DNA of 64,000 bases from a virus (taxonomy: Duplodnaviria; Caudoviricetes): IMG/VR virus record IMGVR_UViG_3300028591_000071; one strand, given 5' to 3'. Every line of letters begins with the position of its first letter. Position 1 is the stretch's first letter. The position numbers and the translations under genes are program-made. A model generated the notes under the pieces. That model ran no database searches, was not told the DNA's origin, and was given only the letters and a program-made list of their open reading frames with translations. Of the stretch, positions 56,786-64,000 are shown piece by piece.

Positions 56786-59020
56786 TTATCTGTTTTTATC
56801 TATATTATTATATATCTCGTAAAACTTGTTTTTCACCTCCATTATTGCATTATTTGCACTAATTTGTTCTCTCATCATATTGGCAACGCTATCTATGGTG
56901 TTTTTTACAACCTGTTTTATCGCCAATGGTGAATTTTCATCGGCGGAACCTTTTTCGAGGCCTTCCTTGACAACATACTGTCCGTTGTTCTGCCTTGCAA
57001 TCCATTCCTTAACATCTTTTCCCGCAATTTTCCTATCTTCTTGGAAATTATCTCTTGCTGCTCCGTGTGCTGATACAAGAACATATTTCGGAAGTCCTTC
57101 CTGTGCCGTTCCGCCGCCAACAACCTTTATGTCTCCGTTGTCCCTTCCGTAACATATCCTGCACTTATAGCAGTCAACCTTCGTTGATGAGTCGTTATTT
57201 TTCTCAAGTTTGTAAATTTTTCCGTTGAATGAAACGACTTTCTTGCTTCCCGCCCTTTCACCATTGAACTCACCTACGGTACAAGGCTCGGGAACTTCGC
57301 CCTTTTTCAATTCGGCCTTGCTTGTTTCAACATACTTCATCTTTCCTCTTCCGCAAGGGCACTTATAATAATAACCCGCAAGCCGTCCTTCGTCGACAAG
57401 CGGCATGTACATCGGGGTAATGGAATCACCCGTGAGGGGACCATCATAAGTATCCGTAAGTGCATCGTAATCCTCGGGCTCCACGGCATAGAAAAACCTT
57501 GCAACTGCGGGTGAATTCTGTCCACTGACAAGTCCTTCCTGAGATACATTTAAGACGATGTTTTTCACCTTCTCATAATTCAATGCCCTGCAAGTATAAG
57601 CGGCGACAACAACTCCTGCAAGTTTGAAATCCTCTGCCCACTTATCCCATACATCAACAAGCCACTGTCCGATAAAGTCTCCGTCCTCGTTAAGGCGTAC
57701 GGTGTTGACCCTCTTTGTTTCCCTTAATACGTCAACCACTTCTTCTCCGAACTTTCCCTGAATCTCGCCAATGCTTAGTTTGCTGAGTGAATCCTTGGTA
57801 AATCTTCCTTTATATCCGTTTTTATTCAGCACCTTAAGGGCGGCATCGTAATTGAAAATATATGACCTGATGAGTTCGAGCATAAGGTTTGTCAATGTCT
57901 CGTCATTTTCCGTCTGTTGCCATATAAGACTTGTCCTAAGGTTTCTGTCAAACGTATTGTCATAGTTCTTCTCTGTTGTTCTTGCATAGCAGGCGTCTTT
58001 CAACAGGCACTCATTCCATGCGGGGCATCTAAGTGCAGCACTGAAGTTGATGATGAGCGTATCTTCGTCAATTTTCTGATTTCCGTATGAGAACACGCTC
58101 TTTCCGTCACCGAAGTTAAAGTCCATCCCATAAGTCTTCTTGACATACCTTGCGGCAACCTGTTTTAACTTACCCACCCTTGCAATGTCCACAAGGCCTT
58201 CCTTGCCATTTTTTCCGTTCCATGCGGGGTCTGTTGGCTGAACCTTTACAGGGATTCCCGCAGGGGTGTACCTGTTAACATCATACCCAAGTTTCTCGAG
58301 TTCTGCGTTTATCCACTTAATCCTCGTTCCGTCATAATAAGACTTTATGTCGGCATCTGAGATGTTTGAAAAATCGAGATTGAGTTCATTTACGGGCGTT
58401 GTCCAATCAGCATCCGCCAAATTGACGCCATATCTTGTTGAAAATGACGCAGGCTTGTTCTGCGGTCTGTATAAGAACGTAAGACCTTCCTTGTCAAGAA
58501 AGTCCCTGACCATCAACAAATGTTCCCTCTTGCTTGCGGGAAGCGTATCGAATATATTTTCGGTCTTTTTATTGATGATATTTCCGTTATCGTCCCTTGA
58601 CCTTGTTGCAATCTCCTTTCCGGCCTTGAATTCCTTGTTATGGCCATAAACCATCCTAAGCGTCGGAAGTGCGGATTTAACCCAATCCCCTATTTCCTCG
58701 TTCTTCCTGGTAAGAAGGTCTTCTATCCTTGATGCGACTCCTTTGTTATATTCCTTCTTGTCCAAATTTCCCTTAAGCGAGTCAATGTTGATGCCGTTTT
58801 CTCTCGCCTGTCTGATGATATTGTCTCCCTTGGGGTCTTCATAACCTTCGTCTCCATAACCATCGATGGAAGACTTCGCTTTCTGAGCAAGATAATCCGT
58901 CACCTGCTTGAGTTTGGACGCACCGAATTTACCGGCATTCTTTTCCATGAATATAGACTCGGAAATCTGCCTTTCGACAAACTTCTTCAACTGCTCTTCT
59001 GTTATGTAAACTTTCTTCAT
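56786..59020 (-). CDS. GP88-like Cys-rich (putative Fe-S/radical-SAM-related) protein (744 aa)
   Basis: GNQKI..INFSAALRCPAWNECLLKDACYA, VRLNEDGDF, AYT, CPC, CYKCRICY; N-terminal MKKVYITEEQLKKFVERQISE. Confidence 0.6.
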   Translation of the reverse strand: MKKVYITEEQLKKFVERQISESIFMEKNAGKFGASKLKQVTDYLAQKAKSSIDGYGDEGYEDPKGDNIIRQARENGINIDSLKGNLDKKEYNKGVASRIEDLLTRKNEEIGDWVKSALPTLRMVYGHNKEFKAGKEIATRSRDDNGNIINKKTENIFDTLPASKREHLLMVRDFLDKEGLTFLYRPQNKPASFSTRYGVNLADADWTTPVNELNLDFSNISDADIKSYYDGTRIKWINAELEKLGYDVNRYTPAGIPVKVQPTDPAWNGKNGKEGLVDIARVGKLKQVAARYVKKTYGMDFNFGDGKSVFSYGNQKIDEDTLIINFSAALRCPAWNECLLKDACYARTTEKNYDNTFDRNLRTSLIWQQTENDETLTNLMLELIRSYIFNYDAALKVLNKNGYKGRFTKDSLSKLSIGEIQGKFGEEVVDVLRETKRVNTVRLNEDGDFIGQWLVDVWDKWAEDFKLAGVVVAAYTCRALNYEKVKNIVLNVSQEGLVSGQNSPAVARFFYAVEPEDYDALTDTYDGPLTGDSITPMYMPLVDEGRLAGYYYKCPCGRGKMKYVETSKAELKKGEVPEPCTVGEFNGERAGSKKVVSFNGKIYKLEKNNDSSTKVDCYKCRICYGRDNGDIKVVGGGTAQEGLPKYVLVSAHGAARDNFQEDRKIAGKDVKEWIARQNNGQYVVKEGLEKGSADENSPLAIKQVVKNTIDSVANMMREQISANNAIMEVKNKFYEIYNNIDKNR

Positions 59021-59024
59021 TCTA

Positions 59025-60566
59025 CTAGTGTACAGTGATATTCAATCTTATTGCTGCCCTGTCTCTATTGTTGTTAAAATGGTTTGTGCCGTCAATTGGT
59101 GGTGTTTCCAAATAATCTCCTGGCCTACCTATCCCTTCCGTAGTTACGGTTGTTACATAATTAAATGTTTGAATAGTATTGCCGGTTAGATATCCCCCAT
59201 CAACACTCATTTCATCAAATTCAATTTCATCTTGTCCTACAGAAACTTCAAGGATATCTCCGTCAACTAAAGTTATGGTTGTGTAAGGCCCATAATTATT
59301 AACAAAGTTTCCTCTTAATTCTACCTCTTCATTTGTTCTTTTGTTTTTTACAAAAATTGTATGATGTGAATTTAGTACACCAAATTGGTAGTCGGAATAT
59401 GTAAACAAAATCAACTCATATTCAAGTCCTACCTGAGCAATTGATGTTACTATGTTGTTGTTACTATCAAATGTCACGCTGCTGGTCATTAGGTAGTAAG
59501 GGCCGCTAATTCTCTCCCATTCTACCCTGTATGGAATTTCGCTATCTGAAGTTTTATTAAATTGTCCAGAAGACTGTACGTTAGTATATCCAGATAATAG
59601 GGTTTCACGCCTATTAGCCTTAGCCGTGTTGTTATTCCCATATACAACAGCAGCAAACGTTGAAGCGGTTTCAGCGCTTAAACCATTAATTGTTTCAATT
59701 CTATCATTCCATGTTATCGCCGTTGGTATTACATCCAAATACACATAATATGAGGTTTCTTCATAAATGCATGCTTCGATATTATATTGTGACATTCCAC
59801 TGAAATTCGTATTAACAATATCCGTCGGAGATACCCAATCGTCAACATAGAAATCTGACACTTCATCTTCAATAATTTTTTTCCATATCAAACTGCCCCT
59901 TTTTAAGCAAAACCTGCCATATTCTTCTGCTACGCCACGTACCGTACATGCATAATCCGGTTGGTCCACTTCTATCGTACGGTCAGCTAGACTAATCGAA
60001 TCAACCTCGCCCATTGCTTTCACTTGCTCCATCGTGTAATCATCCGAAAAAGTTATACTACTTGTAGCATCCTGCGCTATACTATAGTCTTCATCAGGCC
60101 ATGGATTCATCCCTAAATATATATAAACATCCACGCTTGACCCACCTGTGAACGTGATAGTATATGTTGTGGTGGCACTTATATGTATTGGCACCGGGGT
60201 TTCTACACCACCCTTAATCTCTACCCCACCGAAGAGAATGTAAGGATTAAGGGCTATCGAATCCTGAACTTTTATTCCCGCATATTCCCCATTGTTTGAT
60301 GTAGGGTCGTCATATTCAGTATCCATTGCTGTGTCATCACCCGGATGCCAAGTAAATCCTTCTAATAACCCACCTTCCCTGTTTGGAACCTGATAAATCT
60401 CATCCGTATATACCGCATTGTTTATCTCGGTCCTCAACGCAGGGGAGTATGGAGTATACGCCGTTGATGATATTCCATAACTCGGAGTATAAGATGAAAA
60501 GACATACTTGTAAAGCATGTCGAGATTAATGACGCTATTTTCTATTAATGAACTATTTGCAAACAT
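59025..60566 (-). CDS. Hypothetical acidic beta-rich protein, probably virion-associated (513 aa)
   Basis: Long ORF with CTATTTAT upstream; Thr/Ser/Tyr-rich; S[GA]xT motifs (SATT, SAET, SGYT). Confidence 0.55.
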   Translation of the reverse strand: MFANSSLIENSVINLDMLYKYVFSSYTPSYGISSTAYTPYSPALRTEINNAVYTDEIYQVPNREGGLLEGFTWHPGDDTAMDTEYDDPTSNNGEYAGIKVQDSIALNPYILFGGVEIKGGVETPVPIHISATTTYTITFTGGSSVDVYIYLGMNPWPDEDYSIAQDATSSITFSDDYTMEQVKAMGEVDSISLADRTIEVDQPDYACTVRGVAEEYGRFCLKRGSLIWKKIIEDEVSDFYVDDWVSPTDIVNTNFSGMSQYNIEACIYEETSYYVYLDVIPTAITWNDRIETINGLSAETASTFAAVVYGNNNTAKANRRETLLSGYTNVQSSGQFNKTSDSEIPYRVEWERISGPYYLMTSSVTFDSNNNIVTSIAQVGLEYELILFTYSDYQFGVLNSHHTIFVKNKRTNEEVELRGNFVNNYGPYTTITLVDGDILEVSVGQDEIEFDEMSVDGGYLTGNTIQTFNYVTTVTTEGIGRPGDYLETPPIDGTNHFNNNRDRAAIRLNITVH

Positions 60567-60612
60567 TTGAATATATTTTTTTATAAATAGTCAAATAAAG
60601 GCTTAAAAACAC

Positions 60613-60640
60613 AAAAAATCGGGGCATCTCTACCCCGATT
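60613..60640 (-). terminator. Rho-independent terminator
   Basis: Stem AATCGGGG/CCCCGATT with a T-tract on the minus strand. Confidence 0.75.
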
Positions 60641-60646
60641 GAACGA

Positions 60647-62008
60647 TTAATCGCTGATAATACTTAATATATCACTTGGCTCATTTACATATTTCCCAAC
60701 CTCACTATTATCTATATAATCATTAAACACCGCATCAAAATAAGATATCAGTTTTATTCCGTTGTTTTCACAAATTTCTTTTTTCTTGCGGTCCCTTTCC
60801 AAACAATATTTATACATTCGTCTTATGTCAGCCTCTGTCAGTTTCTTTGAACGGTATTTAACCTCCATAAAATGTTGCACGCCTTGGCATTCAATTCCAA
60901 CATTGTAATCTGGTAGATAAAAATCCAAAGACTGCCTTCCAAAAATTTCTTTATTGTGATATTGCCAAATGTAATTGATATTATTCTCTTTCAAAAATAA
61001 CTCCATTTTTCGTTCAAGATAAGGCATCTTGCACTTCGGACATCCTCTTCCATTTAAATGAGAACCTGGCGTCTGCCAAAATTCACCATGCTCCGGGCAT
61101 ATTATACGCACCTTTGTATGGTTATTAATATATTCAACCTTTGAATAATCATATTTTTCTCCGTATATTTTTTGAGCCTTTTCAATAAACAAATCCTTGT
61201 CTAAAAAATTCTTCGAACAAAAATGACACCCAGTACCTCTTAAATGGTTGTGTGGCGTCTGCCAAAACTCACCATGCTCTGGACATATTATACATACTTT
61301 TGTATTATTATTGACATATTCAACTTTTGAATAATCATATTTGTCACCATGAATTTTCCTCGCACGCTCCACAAAATACTCCTTATCCATGAATTGTTTT
61401 GAACATTTTGAACATCCGTGTTTTCCATCTATATGTGACGCCGGTGTTTGCCAAAATTCTCCGTGCTCAGGACAAATTATACAAACCTTTGTATTTCTGT
61501 TAACATATTGAACTTTCGAGTAGTCATATTTATCTCCATGAATTTCTATTGCCTTTTTAATAAACTCCTCTTGCCCCATGGCTGTACTACTCCCTCGTCT
61601 TTCATTATAGCACTCAGGACACCCGGCTCCGTGAAGATGATTCTTTGCTGTTTGCCAAAATTCACCATGCCTCGGACAAATAATACACATCTTTTCGTGG
61701 TTTCGTATATTTTTTGCCTTTGAATAATCATATTTATCACCGTGTATTCTCTTTGCCTTTTCAATAAAATATTCATCTCCCTTCTTTAGCCCATTAATAG
61801 TTCCAATTATTCCGCATTTTGGGCACCCATGTCCTGCATCAATGTGAGAATGTGGTGTTTGCCAAAATTCACCATGCTCCGGGCATATTATACACACCTT
61901 TGTATGATTATTAATGTATTTCACTTTTGAATAATCATATTTATCGCCATGTACCTTCTTTGCTTTTTCAATAAAAACATCTTTCGTTAACCTCATAATT
62001 TGTGGCAT
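60647..62008 (-). CDS. Free-standing putative homing endonuclease: five zinc-ribbon repeats plus PD-(D/E)XK (Vsr/DUF559-like) nuclease
   Basis: 5x F(I/V)xxAxx(I/V)xGxKYDYSK...CPxHGEFWQT...H...GCxxC; C-terminal LDFYLPDYNVGIECQGVQHF. Confidence 0.75.
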   Translation of the reverse strand: MPQIMRLTKDVFIEKAKKVHGDKYDYSKVKYINNHTKVCIICPEHGEFWQTPHSHIDAGHGCPKCGIIGTINGLKKGDEYFIEKAKRIHGDKYDYSKAKNIRNHEKMCIICPRHGEFWQTAKNHLHGAGCPECYNERRGSSTAMGQEEFIKKAIEIHGDKYDYSKVQYVNRNTKVCIICPEHGEFWQTPASHIDGKHGCSKCSKQFMDKEYFVERARKIHGDKYDYSKVEYVNNNTKVCIICPEHGEFWQTPHNHLRGTGCHFCSKNFLDKDLFIEKAQKIYGEKYDYSKVEYINNHTKVRIICPEHGEFWQTPGSHLNGRGCPKCKMPYLERKMELFLKENNINYIWQYHNKEIFGRQSLDFYLPDYNVGIECQGVQHFMEVKYRSKKLTEADIRRMYKYCLERDRKKKEICENNGIKLISYFDAVFNDYIDNSEVGKYVNEPSDILSIISD

Positions 62009-62035
62009 TTACCAATAAATAGTGCCTAAAAAGTA

Positions 62036-62060
62036 AAAATCGGGAAATTCCCGATTTTTT
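62036..62060 (-). terminator. Rho-independent terminator after recA
   Basis: AAAAATCGGGAA-A-TTCCCGATTTTT inverted repeat overlapping the stop codon. Confidence 0.7.
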
Positions 62061-63303
62061 ACTCTATTATTATGTCATCATCATCTTGTTCTTCGAACTC
62101 TATATCTGACATATCTGTTATCTTAGCAGAGCCATTTTCTTCTGCAATTTCATTTAGTTTTTTTAATAAAATTGGGGCTCTATTTTTCTTGTATTCTTCC
62201 TGTTCCTCCTTGCTTGTCCCTATTATACCTATATCAGTGCAAATGAACTCGCCTTCGTATGTAACATTAAAAGGACTTGGTAATTGATTTTTCAAAACTT
62301 TTATCTTCGTTTGTATTCCCCAATTATAATTCAGCCCCTTCGATGTTGCCGTTAGTTTTTTAACTGATGCTTTTAGCATTCCGCCAAGCAAAAGTATGAG
62401 TCTTGAGCGATATGTTATTGATTTTCCACCCTTCATCTCAAGGCTAGGTGGTCCAACCGGATTTGTTGTGCCATCAAGCCATACTTTATTTACGACAACC
62501 ATTGTGTTCGTATACGGAGAAGAAATCTTTCTTGAAGAAGGTATTGCATTATCCATTATATCCTGAAATGCAGCGGATATCGTGCCGGCGTCAAACATCG
62601 CGTTTCCAACCTTACTATTGTATGCCTTTAATCCTCCAATTGTTCCAACGGAATCCCACAAAAACACGAATCCTTGTTCTATGGTTCCATCCGCTTGAAG
62701 GTCTAAAAACTCGTTTATTGAATATACGATATCTTCAAGAACAGCCTTTGTTCTTTTCTTCCCCGTTCTTTTACCGGTTGAGTAGTCTATATCGCCATAT
62801 CGGTCTTTCAAAATGCTTTGATTAAAATAAAAAAAAGTTCCATCGTATTCAACTATCCTTTGTTCCGTTTCAATCCTTACTTCACCCGTTTCACTATCCA
62901 TAACTTCGACTTCAACATCTCCATATACAGGCTCCGCTTCCATGCCCATATCTATTGCATATTTAAAGTCAAAATTGTTTTCAGTGTCGTAGATAACAGG
63001 AATCAATCCTTGCCTTTGAGCTGCTACGATAAGATGATTTATCAATGTGGATTTTCCGACATTGGGGTGCCCACAGAGGCAACTGCAAAACCCCATAGGG
63101 AATCCAGGTAGCTTCAATGCATCCTGAAAAGCCTTTGGCATAAGGAGCCATTCAAGCGGTTTATCAGCATTACTTGCCCCTTGAATTTTTCCCTTCTCAA
63201 GTTTGACGCCGAACCCCATCTTTGCCTTGAGGTCGGCTATAGTCGCCTTTTTCTTGATAGGCGCTTTCTTTAATGGTTGTGCCATATTATTCAATATTTT
63301 CAA
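62059..63303 (-). CDS. recA: RecA/UvsX-like recombinase (possible start MAQPLKK at 63285)
   Basis: Walker A GHPNVGKST, YDTEN, Walker B FLWDSVG, VVVNKVW, MKGGKSI, VLKNQL. Confidence 0.85.
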   Translation of the reverse strand: MKILNNMAQPLKKAPIKKKATIADLKAKMGFGVKLEKGKIQGASNADKPLEWLLMPKAFQDALKLPGFPMGFCSCLCGHPNVGKSTLINHLIVAAQRQGLIPVIYDTENNFDFKYAIDMGMEAEPVYGDVEVEVMDSETGEVRIETEQRIVEYDGTFFYFNQSILKDRYGDIDYSTGKRTGKKRTKAVLEDIVYSINEFLDLQADGTIEQGFVFLWDSVGTIGGLKAYNSKVGNAMFDAGTISAAFQDIMDNAIPSSRKISSPYTNTMVVVNKVWLDGTTNPVGPPSLEMKGGKSITYRSRLILLLGGMLKASVKKLTATSKGLNYNWGIQTKIKVLKNQLPSPFNVTYEGEFICTDIGIIGTSKEEQEEYKKNRAPILLKKLNEIAEENGSAKITDMSDIEFEEQDDDDIIIE

Positions 63304-63305
63304 AT

Positions 63306-64000
63306 TTATTCATTTTCTTCTTTTATAAATTGCGGTGGCTGCGAGATTACGGTGTTAGGGTCAACCAACTCACCATCCCTGTCTTTCTTAGCCTTCACAA
63401 TCACCTTTCCTATCTTTGTAAGATAATCGTTAATCATCCTTTTCGTGAGGTTTTTCCACCAATTGAAATGCTTTCCGAAATTAGTCATACATATATTTTC
63501 AACTGACTGTATGAAATAAGGAGTATCGTTATTCAACTGATTGTTTATAATCATCAAATTCTTATATACAGAAGTTCCTTTTATGATTTCAAACGGGTCT
63601 TCGCTTGGATTGTCCATTATCACCCTGTAATAACTGTTTTCGTGGGCGTCTCGCTCGAACTTATTGGCATAATAAACTGAATAACCGACCACTTGTTCAA
63701 AATAGTCCCTGCTGTTAGTTAATCTGTGGGCCGCATTATATATCTTCTTTGAACTTGTCTTTGTCAATAAATTTTTACCGTGTTTGGATGTTTGGTATGC
63801 GTGCTCTATTTCGTGCTGAAGAGTGCCGCCGTAATCTATATATCTGTTTTCATCTCTCACATAAACAACCGTTGTATTTAAAGCCTTGTTGTCATCATCA
63901 TATCCGCCCGACCATTTTATCGGCAACGATTTCGCTTCTTCATTGGTATCAACGAAATATAATTTATAGTTGATATCAATAGCCTTTCCAAACAGATTGA
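63306..64000 (-). CDS. HExxH metallopeptidase-like protein (5' end beyond the right edge)
   Basis: The frame stays open to the window end (..NLFGKAIDINYKLYFVDTNEEAKSLPIKW..); LQHEIEHAYQ and YANKFERDAH; similar layout to 32607-33518. Confidence 0.65.
   Translation of the reverse strand, partial: NLFGKAIDINYKLYFVDTNEEAKSLPIKWSGGYDDDNKALNTTVVYVRDENRYIDYGGTLQHEIEHAYQTSKHGKNLLTKTSSKKIYNAAHRLTNSRDYFEQVVGYSVYYANKFERDAHENSYYRVIMDNPSEDPFEIIKGTSVYKNLMIINNQLNNDTPYFIQSVENICMTNFGKHFNWWKNLTKRMINDYLTKIGKVIVKAKKDRDGELVDPNTVISQPPQFIKEENE

Noticed and set aside
62821-62834. 14-nt match (ATTAAAATAAAAAA) in recA to the predicted TnpB guide region
   Set aside because: Low-complexity A/T sequence that omits the end-proximal seed bases; likely chance.
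1-64000. Alternative genetic code (TAG read as Gln, as in Lak and some crAss-like phages)
   Set aside because: Long genes are intact under the standard code, and TAG ends several genes at sensible positions (44104, 49974, 55439, and tandem TAG TAG at 59022-59027).
1-64000. tRNA/rRNA genes and self-splicing introns or inteins in nrdD, dnaB or recA
   Set aside because: Intergenic gaps are short and explained by terminators/promoters; no cloverleaf seen; the three proteins have ordinary lengths and continuous motifs.

Overview
The window is a gene-dense segment of a large tailed (myovirus-like) phage genome, most likely a jumbo phage of Bacteroidota. Supporting evidence: a canonical TTTG-N20-TAnnTTTG promoter, AT-rich leaders with no obvious Shine-Dalgarno sequence, BACON-like and Bacteroides-phage-type fibre motifs, and the standard genetic code. 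Almost all genes are on the minus strand. Left to right: (1) tail/fibre and baseplate genes (1-27.8 kb), including a truncated CotH-kinase-like fibre protein, a collagen-like protein, a 2215-aa baseplate protein, and gp6-like and gp25-like wedge proteins. (2) A ~23-kb glycosylation island (27.9-50.8 kb) with about 11 glycosyltransferase-like ORFs (one has five GT-like domains, four are paralogues of an unnamed family), UDP-glucose dehydrogenase and an NAD-dependent epimerase; embedded in it are a collagen/S74-chaperone tail fibre, nrdG and a TnpB-only IS200/IS605-type element. (3) A replication block: nrdD, DnaB-like helicase, 5'-3' exonuclease, a GP88-like Cys-rich protein, a zinc-ribbon-repeat endonuclease and RecA/UvsX. 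The most interesting signal is the strong enrichment of an S-[G/A]-x-T motif in the virion proteins and its near-absence from the enzymes. Together with the island, this suggests a phage-encoded virion protein-glycosylation system with its own sequon (inference, testable). All family assignments come from motifs recognised by eye; no database searches were run.
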